From: Candidatus Doudnabacteria bacterium
GTDB taxonomy: Bacteria > Patescibacteriota > Doudnabacteria > UBA920
Assembly (NCBI GenBank): GCA_963837465.1
Contig: CAWINB010000001.1
Span: 11,915-75,914 of the forward strand
DNA length: 64,000 nt
Reading direction: 5' to 3'
A model generated the notes under the pieces. It did no database searches and was not told the origin of the DNA. It saw nothing but the letters and a program-made list of their open reading frames with translations. How positions within the stretch are numbered: the stretch's first letter is position 1; every line of letters begins with the position of its first letter. Shown here one piece after another: positions 43,543 through 53,745 of the stretch. Made by a program: the position numbers and the translations under genes.

Positions 43543-44322
43543 ATGTCGAATCTGAACGTAACATCGGAACTAAAAGGCCTGTACGCGATTTGGTATCGGG
43601 AGCTTCTGGTTTTTACCAGGGAGCCCTCAAGGCTGGTTGGCGCGATCATTCAGCCGCTTCTGTGGCTGGTAATTTTTGGAACCGGACTGGGATCAATAAT
43701 AGAACCCGGAGCGGTCAGCGGCGCCAATTACCAGCAATTTTTATTTCCCGGAATCCTGGTCATGACCGTTTTATTCGGCTCGTTATTTTTTGGCTTGTAT
43801 ATCATATTGGACAAGCGCGTGGACTTTTTAAAAGAGGTGCTGGTCGCGCCGTTAAATAAAAGCACGATGTTTTTCGGCAAAGCCCTGGGAGGTTCGACCG
43901 ACGGATTGCTGCAAATAATTATTTTGCTGATTCTTGGGGCAATATTTTTTGGAATCCGCTTTAACTTATTGACCGTGATTTTAACCTTTGTTATTATAAT
44001 TTTGCTGCTTATCGCGGTTACAAGCCTTGGATTGGCGATTGGTTCGGTTATGGAAAGTCTGGAAGGGTTCGGCTTAATCTCCAGCTTTGTTGCTTTCCCG
44101 CTGTTTTTCTTAAGCGGCGCGTTATTCCCGGTCACCAAATTGCCTTTTTGGCTTAAAATAATTGTGATGATAAATCCGGTATCTTACGCTGTTGACGCTC
44201 TCCGGTCGGTTATTTTGGGAATAACAAGTTATGGTTTATTTCTTGATTTTACGGTGTTGGTTGCCTTTGCGGTTATAATGCTGATTGTCGGGACATGGGC
44301 ATTCAAAAGAATCAAGCTTTAA
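43543..44322 (+). CDS. ABC-2 permease
   Basis: 6 TM, SGALFP, NPVSYAVDALR. Confidence 0.9.
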   Translation: MSNLNVTSELKGLYAIWYRELLVFTREPSRLVGAIIQPLLWLVIFGTGLGSIIEPGAVSGANYQQFLFPGILVMTVLFGSLFFGLYIILDKRVDFLKEVLVAPLNKSTMFFGKALGGSTDGLLQIIILLILGAIFFGIRFNLLTVILTFVIIILLLIAVTSLGLAIGSVMESLEGFGLISSFVAFPLFFLSGALFPVTKLPFWLKIIVMINPVSYAVDALRSVILGITSYGLFLDFTVLVAFAVIMLIVGTWAFKRIKL

Positions 44323-44359
44323 TTATTAACCAGCCACAGCTGGCGAAAGGAAAAATATT

Positions 44360-44764
44360 ATGAAACTTAGCTATATTGCGATAAGAGTAATGGATTTGGA
44401 TAAATCCTTAAAATTCTATACCGAAGACCTTGGTTTAAAAGTTGTTGAAAAGCGCAGCCCTATTCCGGGAGAAGATGTTGTAAGTTTAATTGATGAGGAG
44501 TCGGGACAAAAGTTAGTTCTGATGTATTACGCGGAAGACTGCAAACTCTACACCCCGTGGAAAATGGACGGTGTCGAGCTGGATCACCTGTCCTTTGAAG
44601 TGGAAGATGCCAAGAAAACTTACGGGGAATTCATAAAAAATGGAGCGCCTGCCGCAACGGAATTAATGGAGAGGAAGACTGACGATGGAGATTTTGCAAT
44701 GGGATTCGTTAAAGATCCCAACGGAATCTGGGTAGGATTTAGGAGCCTGACCAAAAACAAGTAA
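44360..44764 (+). CDS. VOC/glyoxalase family protein
   Basis: FYTEDLGL, DHLSF, DPNGIW. Confidence 0.88.
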   Translation: MKLSYIAIRVMDLDKSLKFYTEDLGLKVVEKRSPIPGEDVVSLIDEESGQKLVLMYYAEDCKLYTPWKMDGVELDHLSFEVEDAKKTYGEFIKNGAPAATELMERKTDDGDFAMGFVKDPNGIWVGFRSLTKNK

Positions 44765-44812
44765 GATCCATCCCGATAGCGGAGTTTCCAAATACAAATG
44801 ACACGGGTGAAT

Positions 44813-45424
44813 ATGCGTAAAGTTATTGTCCTGACATTTATAACATTAGACGGTATCATGCAGGCCCCGGGCGGACCGCAAGAAGACACCTCCGGCGGTT
44901 TTGCCTTTGGCGGCTGGTCGTTTCCCTATGCTGACGAGTTTTCCGGCAAACTGATGAGCCGCCAAATGAGCAAACCGTTTGACTTGTTGCTCGGCAGAAA
45001 AACCTACGAAATATTCAGCGCTTATTGGCCGCGCCAAGCTGAGGCGGTAAACCCTGTGGCAAAAGCCTTCAATAAAGCGAAAAAGTACGTCGCGTCACAT
45101 TCGGCGCTGCGGCTCGATTGGAAAAATTCCGAATTGCTTACCGGGGATGTTGCCGAGGCCGTGCGCAAACTTAAAGAAAGCGACGGCGTAGATTTGCAGG
45201 TGCATGGCAGCGGCAACCTCATTCAGACTTTGCTCAGGAACGACCTCGTGGATGAGCTTTGGTTAAAAATTCATCCGCTGACCTTGGGCAGCGGCAAACG
45301 CTTGTTCGCGGAAGGCGCAATCCCGGCTGCTTTTACCCTGCTCGAAGCAAAGGTCACGCCCACCGGAGTAATTTTTGCCGATTATCGGCGCGCACCCGGA
45401 CAGATTAAGACGGGAAGCTTTTAA
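44813..45424 (+). CDS. RibD-C/dihydrofolate reductase family protein
   Basis: TLDG, LLLGRKTYE, GSGKRLF. Confidence 0.88.
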   Translation: MRKVIVLTFITLDGIMQAPGGPQEDTSGGFAFGGWSFPYADEFSGKLMSRQMSKPFDLLLGRKTYEIFSAYWPRQAEAVNPVAKAFNKAKKYVASHSALRLDWKNSELLTGDVAEAVRKLKESDGVDLQVHGSGNLIQTLLRNDLVDELWLKIHPLTLGSGKRLFAEGAIPAAFTLLEAKVTPTGVIFADYRRAPGQIKTGSF

Positions 45425-45547
45425 AAACTTCCATTTGTCCCGTTGCGGCGGTTACAAAATACAGTTTGACCCAATAAACTCAGCCATTTCAATGGGTTTT
45501 GCAACCATCTTAAAGGTCGGAGTATTTAATTAACCAAATTAAAAAAC

Positions 45548-45712
45548 ATGGTAAAAGGAAATTTTATCGGCGCGGCTATTGTTGCGATAATTTACACGGT
45601 CTATATTTTAATGAATCCCGGCGCGGCGAAATCAAAACCGGCATTCATTTTCATATTGGTGATTCTTAATGCTTTAACCATCGTGCTTTTGTCTTTCGCG
45701 TTCAGGAAATAA
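45548..45712 (+). CDS. 54-aa 2-TM protein
   Basis: Manual translation MVKGIFIGAAIV...FAFRK. Confidence 0.5.
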   Translation: MVKGNFIGAAIVAIIYTVYILMNPGAAKSKPAFIFILVILNALTIVLLSFAFRK

Positions 45713-45800
45713 AGGAAATCATAAAAAATGGCTCCCGACCCCGTTTTATTTATTTGGGTAGAAAGCGGCTGCCGACCCCGTTTTGTGCTAAAATAAGGTT

Positions 45801-46353
45801 ATGTCTATTTTCGGCCTGATTCTCATTATTCTTTGGCTAATATTCTGGCTCTACTGGGCTGTTTCCGCGTTCGGAACAAAGAAGGTCTTAAAGCGCGCCA
45901 ACTCAAAGGCGCGGTATTTCGGTATTATTTTGGTTATTGCCGTTATTTTAATATCACAGGGGATGGATTTTAATGCCCAATTAATTCCCCACAACAAAGC
46001 GGTTTTGATTGCGGGGACAATCCTTTGCGCCTTGGGCCTGGCTTTTGCCGTTTGGGCCAGGCGGCACTTGGGCAAAAATTGGAACATTGAGCCCTCTATC
46101 CAGCAGGATCACGAACTGGTAACCTCCGGCCCTTATCGGTTTGTGCGCCATCCAATCTACACCGGATTATTGATCGCGTTCCTGGGCTCGGCTCTGGTGG
46201 GAGGATTGTCCTGGATTATAATTTTTATTTTCACGGCAGGCCTATTTATATGGCGGATTCACGCCGAAGAAAATTTTACTGATGCAGTTGTTTCCGCAGG
46301 CCTATCCGGAATATAAAAAGCGGACCAAGGCATTATTGCCGTTTATCTGGTAA
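45801..46353 (+). CDS. isoprenylcysteine carboxyl methyltransferase family protein (frameshift ~46272)
   Basis: LVTSGPYRFVRHPIY; C-terminus YPEYKKRTKALLPFIW in another frame. Confidence 0.85.
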
Positions 46354-46377
46354 TTCTTAAAGGGGCTGAAATATAAA

Positions 46378-47085
46378 ATGAATCCAAACAAAAAGACGGC
46401 AAGGATTGCCGGTGTGCTCTACCTGCTTGTCGGCATCTTCGGCGGCTTCGCGGAAGGGTTTGTGGATCCAAAAATGTATGTCGCGGGCAATGCGGCTGCC
46501 ACAGCCGGCAATGTAATGGCAAACCCAGGTCTTGTACGCGTGGGAGTTGTAGCGCATCTGTCAGACGGAACATTTTTTGTCTTTTTGGCCATGGCGCTCT
46601 ATGGCCTGCTCCAGCCCGTAAACAAGAGCGTGGCGAGGTCAATGTTAGTCCTGGTCGTGCTGGCGACGGGCATTATTTGTATGAACGCGGTTTTTGAGTT
46701 TGAGGCTTTGCGGGTGGCAACCGGCGCGGTCAATATGGGCGCCTTAGGAGTCGCGGGTTCTAATGCCCTGGTGCTGCTCTTGCTTGATACCCAGCATTAC
46801 GGAACCTTAATCGCCCAGGTCTTTTTTGGGCTGTGGCTGGTACCGCTGGGATATCTGGCTTATAAATCCGGGATGTTCCCAAAGTGGCTGGGTGTTGTGC
46901 TGATTGTCGGTGGCATATGTTACCTTATTGACCTGCTGACGGCATTTTTGGCGCCGGGCCGCGGCCAAAATATCCATACCTTTGTTATAATCCCTTCAGC
47001 GGCCGCAGAAATTTCCATGGTCCTGTATCTGCTTATAATTGGCGCAAGGAACCCAAAGCCAGGGCAGCAGCATGCTCCCGGATAG
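46378..47085 (+). CDS. DUF4386-like membrane protein
   Basis: ARIAGVLYL, FFGLWL..LGYL..KSG. Confidence 0.8.
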   Translation: MNPNKKTARIAGVLYLLVGIFGGFAEGFVDPKMYVAGNAAATAGNVMANPGLVRVGVVAHLSDGTFFVFLAMALYGLLQPVNKSVARSMLVLVVLATGIICMNAVFEFEALRVATGAVNMGALGVAGSNALVLLLLDTQHYGTLIAQVFFGLWLVPLGYLAYKSGMFPKWLGVVLIVGGICYLIDLLTAFLAPGRGQNIHTFVIIPSAAAEISMVLYLLIIGARNPKPGQQHAPG

Positions 47086-47130
47086 CCGCAGGATTATTAA
47101 AGCGCTAACAGCGGGCAATAGAAGAGGTAT

Positions 47131-47679
47131 ATGAACAGCTTTATTCAGCCAGCCCAACCATGGTGGGTAAACCTTCTGGTTTTAGCGCCTTTTGCGGCCT
47201 GCTATTTTTTTAAAAAGCAACAGTTGGTTATGGCAAAAACCCAGCTGTTATTTTTAGCGGGCTTTGGTATCGCTTTTGGCTTTATGGAAGCCGCTACGGT
47301 AGTTTATCTCCGTACTGCTTTGGGCTTCCCCGTTAACTACACCCCTGTTATGTTTCAGCAAGCGCGGCTGCTTACCGGTTTGCCGCGGACTTTATTAACA
47401 ATTGAATTTTTTCGCGAATTGGCAACTTTGGCAATGCTGCTGAGTATTTCTTTGGCTGCCGCTCGGAAGCTTAAAGAACGTTGGGCGGTATTTTTATGGA
47501 TATTTGCTTTTTGGGACCTGTTTTATTACCTGGGCCTGTGGCTGACAGTCCGCTGGCCAAGTTCGCTTATCACGCCTGACGTGCTGTTCTTAATCCCTGT
47601 TCCCTGGCACGCCCAGGTCTGGTTTCCTGTTTTAGTCAGTGTGTTAAGTATTGGCGCTGTAGCCACGGCGGCCTGTTAA
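47131..47679 (+). CDS. hypothetical membrane protein
   Basis: EAATVVYLR, WDLFYY, DVLFLIPVPW. Confidence 0.75.
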   Translation: MNSFIQPAQPWWVNLLVLAPFAACYFFKKQQLVMAKTQLLFLAGFGIAFGFMEAATVVYLRTALGFPVNYTPVMFQQARLLTGLPRTLLTIEFFRELATLAMLLSISLAAARKLKERWAVFLWIFAFWDLFYYLGLWLTVRWPSSLITPDVLFLIPVPWHAQVWFPVLVSVLSIGAVATAAC

Positions 47680-47690
47680 TTATAAATTAT

Positions 47691-48233
47691 ATGAATCCGC
47701 GTCCAATCTTCGTGCGTTTCCCAATCGCGTTATTGACGCTGTATACTTTATGCGAGCTGTTACGGTTTAAAATAATCAAACAGCAGCCGACTTGGTTTTA
47801 CCTGAAAGCTGTTTTGGTTATTTGCGGCACCGCGGGAGCGACAGCCGCGATTTTAACGGGTGATGGCGCGAAGAGGGCGGTATTAACAGGTCTAATAAAC
47901 GCCCAAGTTGCCAACCCCAGGATGGTAATCAGTTTACACGAAACCTGGGCCAAAGGCGCCTCTTTGGTTTATTTGCTGCTGGCCGCCGGTTACGCGGCCG
48001 CGTGGCTGAACCGGTTTAACATTATTGATAAACTGGCGGGCAAAACGCTTAAACGGGTTTGGCAGCTTGCCACAAAAATACAAAAGCTGCTCATAGAAAC
48101 GAATTTGGTTGTTATTTTATCCATTATTGGTTTAATCGCCATTACCATCGCGGGAGCTTTGGGCGGATCCATAATTTACGGCCCGAATACCGACCCGGTA
48201 GTCCGGTTTATTTATAAGGTTATCGCGCGATAA
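47691..48233 (+). CDS. DUF2231-like membrane protein
   Basis: FPIALL, LGGSIIYG. Confidence 0.65.
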   Translation: MNPRPIFVRFPIALLTLYTLCELLRFKIIKQQPTWFYLKAVLVICGTAGATAAILTGDGAKRAVLTGLINAQVANPRMVISLHETWAKGASLVYLLLAAGYAAAWLNRFNIIDKLAGKTLKRVWQLATKIQKLLIETNLVVILSIIGLIAITIAGALGGSIIYGPNTDPVVRFIYKVIAR

Positions 48234-48289
48234 TACGGAACACTCTTTTCTTCATGCTGGCTTCATGACAAGACTTTACATTTCAACCT

Positions 48290-48961
48290 ATGAAGATTTT
48301 GCTGGTTGAAGATAACCAAAAGTTATCGGCTTCCGTAAAAAAAGGTTTGGCACAGGAAGGCTACAGTGTGGATTGCTTGTTTGACGGTGAGACCGCCGAA
48401 AGGCGGCTTTTCGGCCGCCCGCTGGATTATGATCTGGTTGTTTTAGACGTTATGCTTCCGGGCAAAAATGGCCTGGAAGTATGCGGAGCCTGGCGCGGCC
48501 AGAATATTACCGCGCCAATTTTAATGCTGACCGCCAAAGACACCACCTCCGATAAAGTCATGGGACTGGACGCGGGAGGGGACGATTACCTGATCAAGCC
48601 GTTTGCTTTTGAAGAATTGCTGGCCCGGGTCCGGGCTTTGCTCAGGCGTCCGAAAGAATCAATGCCCAATATATTATCGGCCCGCGGTATTATTTTAAAC
48701 AGCAGCGGCAAACTGCTTACGGTCGCTGGCCGTGAAGTGCCGCTGACTCTGCGCGAGTTTTCCATACTGGAACATTTTTTGCGGAATCCAAACCAAGTTT
48801 TGACCCGCGAACAGATAGTGGCGCATGTCTGGGAATTTTCTTTTGACCCTCTGAGTAATGTGGTCGACGTGCACGTAAAAAATTTAAGGAAAAAACTGGG
48901 ATCTGATTATGGCCGACATTTACAAACGCTGCGAGGCCTGGGTTATCGCTTTACAGTCTGA
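48290..48961 (+). CDS. OmpR-family response regulator
   Basis: LVED, LDVMLP, KPF, RGLGY. Confidence 0.95.
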   Translation: MKILLVEDNQKLSASVKKGLAQEGYSVDCLFDGETAERRLFGRPLDYDLVVLDVMLPGKNGLEVCGAWRGQNITAPILMLTAKDTTSDKVMGLDAGGDDYLIKPFAFEELLARVRALLRRPKESMPNILSARGIILNSSGKLLTVAGREVPLTLREFSILEHFLRNPNQVLTREQIVAHVWEFSFDPLSNVVDVHVKNLRKKLGSDYGRHLQTLRGLGYRFTV

Positions 48962-49934
48962 TATTTTCAACTGGGCAAAGATAAAGCTGACCGGGCTTTA
49001 TCTTATTGTTATAGTTGTCATACTGGCTGTTTTTAGTTTCGCGCTGCGCGCCAACCTTGCCCATCATTTGCGAACGGACTTGAACATAAGGCGCGCAATT
49101 GAATCCAGGGACGCTGACGGCGATGGAATTGACGATGCCCCGCGAAGAATTGACGCTGTTATTGGCGCCACTGATATTGCTGTTCTGCTTATCGCGGGCG
49201 GATTTAGTTACTGGCTGGCCGGCTACACGCTTAAACCTATCCGTAAAGCGCTGGACGCGCAGAGCCGCTTTAGCGCTGAAGCCTCGCACGAATTGCGCAC
49301 GCCTTTGGCCGTTATGCTTACAAGTATCGAAGTCCTGTTGCGAAGCAGCCACGCTTTGCCGCGGGAAGCCAGGGATGTTTTGGAAAGCAATCTGGAGGAG
49401 ATCAAATCAATGTCAAAGATGACCGAACAGCTGCTGGAACTGTCCCGGGGCAGGAATTTTATGCCGGAGAAGCTGGAGCGGTTAAATTTAACGGATGTGG
49501 TTCGGGGCATGATTGAAAAATTAAACAAGCTGGCCGCCAGGAAGGGGATACTGCTGATTTCAGGAGAGTCTGCCGGTGTTTTCGTAAACGGCAAAACGGA
49601 TGATCTGGAAAGAATATTAAAAAACATCATTACCAATTCCATAACTTATACTCCGCGGGGCGGGATCATAACTGTTTCAGTTTTTAATAAACGGGGCCGC
49701 GCGGAGATTTTGGTTGCGGACACCGGCATTGGCATAGCCCCGAAAGACTTGCCGCACATTTTTAAAGCTTTTTATAAAGCCGACCAATCCCGCGCCGCTG
49801 TGGACAACCAGTCGGGAGCCGGCTTGGGCTTGGCTATTGTAAAGCAGATTGTTGAGCAGCATCGCGGCGCTATAGAAGTAAAAAGCCTCGTGAATAAAGG
49901 CACTATGGTTATTGTTCGCATACCTTCAAAATAA
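48909..49934 (+). CDS. sensor histidine kinase
   Basis: SHELRTPL, DTGIG, GAGLGL. Confidence 0.93.
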   Translation: MADIYKRCEAWVIALQSDIFNWAKIKLTGLYLIVIVVILAVFSFALRANLAHHLRTDLNIRRAIESRDADGDGIDDAPRRIDAVIGATDIAVLLIAGGFSYWLAGYTLKPIRKALDAQSRFSAEASHELRTPLAVMLTSIEVLLRSSHALPREARDVLESNLEEIKSMSKMTEQLLELSRGRNFMPEKLERLNLTDVVRGMIEKLNKLAARKGILLISGESAGVFVNGKTDDLERILKNIITNSITYTPRGGIITVSVFNKRGRAEILVADTGIGIAPKDLPHIFKAFYKADQSRAAVDNQSGAGLGLAIVKQIVEQHRGAIEVKSLVNKGTMVIVRIPSK

Positions 49935-50223
49935 TTTGCCGCCTTTTTTCCGGGCTTCACGGGAGCTTCATTCAACGGAAGTATAGTTTATTGGCGGGCT
50001 GGTGTTGCGTAGGTTTAATTTTGGCCGCCAAGCTGTCTGTCCTTAGAGACTGTCTGAAAAGATCCGTTTCTGCCGCGATTTCAGAATTTAGCGGCGAGAG
50101 GACTTTCCGGACAGCTTCTTAAATAATTGGTAAAAAGCGCGAATAACATGCCGGAACTAGTTGTTTACGGCGCCAGGGGATGAGACCTCGTAAAAATAAT
50201 TATCAGCACGGTTGATTTTTTAT

Positions 50224-50643
50224 ATGACGAAAAAGATTATAATTTCTTCGGCAGTTGCCATAATGATTTTAATCTACGCGGCCTGCCAGCACTACGGAGG
50301 TCATAAGGTTACCGCGCCAAATATAAGCCAAATTGAGCCGCGCCTGAATGTTGGTTATAAAGATGGCTCCTATAACGGGAGCGTTACGGACGCTTTTTAT
50401 GGCAATGTCCAAGTGCAGGTCGTCATTAGCAACGACAAGTTAACCGACGTGATTTTTTTGCAATATCCCAGTGACCGCTCAACTTCCAGAAGCATCAACA
50501 GCCAGGCCATGCCATATTTGCGACAGGAAGCCATTGCGGCTCAAACTGCCCAGGTGGACGTGGTCTCAGGCGCCACGCAAACCAGCCAAGCTTTTACTCG
50601 ATCGCTGGAGTCGGCATTGTCGCAAGCTCAAACCCAGGCATAA
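50224..50643 (+). CDS. FMN-binding domain protein
   Basis: YKDGSY.G, VDVVSGAT.TS. Confidence 0.88.
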   Translation: MTKKIIISSAVAIMILIYAACQHYGGHKVTAPNISQIEPRLNVGYKDGSYNGSVTDAFYGNVQVQVVISNDKLTDVIFLQYPSDRSTSRSINSQAMPYLRQEAIAAQTAQVDVVSGATQTSQAFTRSLESALSQAQTQA

Positions 50644-50781
50644 ACTTATTACGCGGCGTTACGCTTGACCCAATAAAATCGGCCGCCCCAACGTGTTTTG
50701 TGGTTATTTGTAAATATAAGAATCGGCCGCCGATAAATTTTAGCCAAAACCGATTTTAAATAAAGTGGATATGGATAAAAT

Positions 50782-51588
50782 ATGAAAGAATTCAATGTTT
50801 TAAGCTGGAATGTGCAGGGTCAGCGGTACAGGGGAACAGCGCTGCCGTTTGAAAAAATACTGCCCGCTTTGTCCTCGAGTACGGCGGATATTATCTGCCT
50901 GCAGGAAATGCCGGATGCCAAAAGCAAGCTTTTGGGTCTTCCCGATTTCGATTCCTATCACACATTTATTTCCGAACTGAACAAGAACAGCGACCAAGGC
51001 ACCCACGGCTATAATCACAATGTTTTACTGAGCAAATATCCAATTATTACGGCCGGGGATTTGGTCTTTCCCAGGTTTTCCAAAAAGCTTTTGGCTTTTG
51101 AAAGCGCGGTCAGGGCCGATATTGAAATTATGGGCGTTGCGGTAAGATTATATATTTGCCATTTCATGGTCGGCGGGGCCGGAATGGTTGCCAGATTAAA
51201 GCAGATTGAGTTTATTCTTGCCGACGCGGCCGACTGCTTAAGCCCCGTTATTATTTGCGGCGACATGAACGTGGCCATGCCGGCAAACAGTCTGGTAAAA
51301 AAAATATTCAAGTGGTGGCACCGCTGGCCCGCCGAGGATATGCGTTTGGACGAGCGGAAGCTAAAGGTTTCGGAAAAACAGATTTTTCATGAGAAAGTCA
51401 CCAAATACGGATTTCGGGAAGCGCTGGACATTAATCTTCCCACTTGGTCCCCGTTCCGCGGCTACGGCTGGGAACTGTTTAAGCTGAAACTTGATTGGTT
51501 TTTGGTCAGAAATATTCAAACCGTGGAAGTTAAGCTCGGTGATTATATTTCCGACCATAGGTCCGTGTACGTACGTTGCCGGCTATGA
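50782..51588 (+). CDS. endonuclease/exonuclease/phosphatase family protein
   Basis: SWNV, CLQE, GDMN, LDW, SDH. Confidence 0.9.
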   Translation: MKEFNVLSWNVQGQRYRGTALPFEKILPALSSSTADIICLQEMPDAKSKLLGLPDFDSYHTFISELNKNSDQGTHGYNHNVLLSKYPIITAGDLVFPRFSKKLLAFESAVRADIEIMGVAVRLYICHFMVGGAGMVARLKQIEFILADAADCLSPVIICGDMNVAMPANSLVKKIFKWWHRWPAEDMRLDERKLKVSEKQIFHEKVTKYGFREALDINLPTWSPFRGYGWELFKLKLDWFLVRNIQTVEVKLGDYISDHRSVYVRCRL

Positions 51589-51749
51589 CAACAATATGAA
51601 TTTTCTCCAGCCTATATTGGGTTTTTTAAGTTTTTCCCGCTATGTCATATTGTCGCCGGCGTGACGCTTGGCTTACGCTATATAAATAAGTATCTGATAA
51701 AAAAGAATTAGACGGTTTTAAAATTATCAAAAGCGTTTTATTCGCGGGC

Positions 51750-51911
51750 GTAAGAGCGGGAGAAATTAAATAGCTTGCTGTTTAATTTCCGAGCCGAAGG
51801 AGTCTTAATACAGGTTCAATACCGCGGAGCTCCGCTCCGAAATGATAGCCGCTCCCGCGTTAATACCTCGTCAGCTCTGCCGCGGGGAACCTTTATTTAT
51901 TGGGGTTTTAG
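51750..51911. ncRNA. candidate structured RNA motif, copy 1
   Basis: Conserved blocks shared with 53557-53660; several hairpins. Confidence 0.4.
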
Positions 51912-52289
51912 GAGTTTTGAAACCGTCACAATCACTGTATTAGTTAAGGGGTTAATTAACTGTTTAACCATCCATATTATCCGCAAACGGCCCGGAAAGA
52001 GCGCTAGAAGTGGATAACTAATCAGCCAGCTATATACAGGAGTTGCAATGGAGAGTAGGCTTAAGTTGTGTCAGTAAATCTGTAAAAGGCCTAAGTCCCA
52101 TGATCGGCTAAGTTAAGGCAGGGCTTACTTTTTCATCCTTGGTGTCATCCAAAACGACCCGTAAAAGCGTTTTAGGATGAGCCCGGGCCGGAAGGCGGTG
52201 GAATCCCGCTCCGGCCTGTTTGAGTTTCCCCGGATAGTTTTTGGGCCGGGATGATTCTTTGCGGCATTAATAATTGTAATAGAAACTTT

Positions 52290-52595
52290 ATGCTTACCGA
52301 CAAGCAAATCACAAAAATCCGCGGAGCCTTTAACGGCACAGACCAGAGAGTGATTTTTAAAATACTCGGCGACACCAACCGCTACCGCATTTTTGAGATG
52401 CTGGGCGGACAGCCGCGGATTTCCGTCAGCGATATTGCCAAAATTCTTAAAATATCAATTCCGCTGGCGTCCCAGCACCTTAAAATTTTGGAACAGGCAA
52501 AAATTCTGGAAAAGGAAAAGATCGGCCAAAAAGTCTACTACAAACTCAGGGCCGATAACCGGATTGCCAGGTCTATTTCGGAAGGTGTTCTTTAA
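52290..52595 (+). CDS. ArsR-family regulator
   Basis: FKILGDTNRYRI, SQHLKIL. Confidence 0.88.
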   Translation: MLTDKQITKIRGAFNGTDQRVIFKILGDTNRYRIFEMLGGQPRISVSDIAKILKISIPLASQHLKILEQAKILEKEKIGQKVYYKLRADNRIARSISEGVL

Positions 52596-53038
52596 AGCCC
52601 GGTTAAAAAAATAATTTATCATTAAAGTCAGTAAGAAGCCGTTTAAAAAGTCATTTGGGCTGCGATTTCAGAATGTTTGGCGTCTTGCCCGGAAAAATTT
52701 TCTCCGCTCAGCTTTGGTTAAGCGTCAAAAATTGTTTCTGCCAATCCGCGCGAAATTCCGCAATTCCGCCTGCGAAGCGCTTTTTAAAATATCTTCTGAA
52801 AAAACAATATGGACTCATATAACTCACCCAGCACCAAACCTCTGTACCGCGGAACTCAAATTGTTTGGTATATCACCGGCCTTCTTGAAGCGCTTTTGGC
52901 CTTTCGTGCGGATAATATTAAGCGGCGGTTATAAAACCATAGTTTGACCCGATAAAATCAGCGTATGACTTTAACGAAAACTTTTACTTTAATGATAATT
53001 AAACTTGCCAAACATAACGGCAAAATATGGGAGAATAA

Positions 53039-53281
53039 ATGGGAATAATACTTTGGATTATTTTTGGGGCTTTGGTAGGATGGATTGCCTCGTCAATTAT
53101 GAGGACCAACGATGGCTTGTTAATGAATATTGTCATCGGGATTGTAGGCGCCGTAATCGGCGGCTGGCTTATGAGTTTTTTCGGGCAAAACGGCATAACC
53201 GGTTTTAACCTTTACAGTTTTTTGGTCGCGCTGGTGGGCGCGGTGGTGCTGATTATGATAGTGCGGTTTTTACGCCGATGA
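53039..53281 (+). CDS. GlsB/YeaQ/YmgE stress membrane protein
   Basis: GALVGWIAS, IGIVGAVIGG. Confidence 0.9.
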   Translation: MGIILWIIFGALVGWIASSIMRTNDGLLMNIVIGIVGAVIGGWLMSFFGQNGITGFNLYSFLVALVGAVVLIMIVRFLRR

Positions 53282-53302
53282 CATAATAAACGTATTTTAA
53301 AA

Positions 53303-53521
53303 ATGAACAAAGACGAGGTAATAATTTTAGCCAGGGAATTGTTTAAAATCAGGATAAGCTCTTCCAACGAAGGCTTGGCCCAGGACGACGGAGTCCATAA
53401 AATGAAAATTAAGGGCATTACTTCCTATGATTTTAGCGTAATTGAAAAATGGTACATGGAAGCCATAAAAACCGCGGAAATTATTATCGTGCTCGAAGAT
53501 CAGTACTTAAATGGGAATTGA
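53303..53521 (+). CDS. hypothetical protein
   Basis: 72-aa ORF. Confidence 0.55.
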   Translation: MNKDEVIILARELFKIRISSSNEGLAQDDGVHKMKIKGITSYDFSVIEKWYMEAIKTAEIIIVLEDQYLNGN

Positions 53522-53556
53522 CACCCTGTGTTTAACTGTTTGTGTTTATTAGCTAA

Positions 53557-53660
53557 GTAGGCGAGCCTGTCCGGCTGGAGCAGCAAGCGAGTCCAAGGAG
53601 TCTAACGCAGGTTAAATAAGTCCTCAGGTCTGCTGCGAGGAACCTTTATCGGCGTTTTAG
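53557..53660. ncRNA. candidate structured RNA motif, copy 2
   Basis: Conserved blocks shared with 51750-51911. Confidence 0.4.
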
Positions 53661-53745
53661 TTTCCAAAAAATTCTGCTATGCTAAAAGCATAATAATAAT
53701 AGCTGCCCCGGTTTTTTACGGTTTTTCTGGGAATGAAAAGGGGAT

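Noticed and set aside
51750-52225. tmRNA, RNase P RNA or hammerhead ribozyme
   Set aside because: No tRNA-like CCA end and no GAGGAAAGUCC; the minus-strand CUGANGA lacks a properly placed GAAA core.
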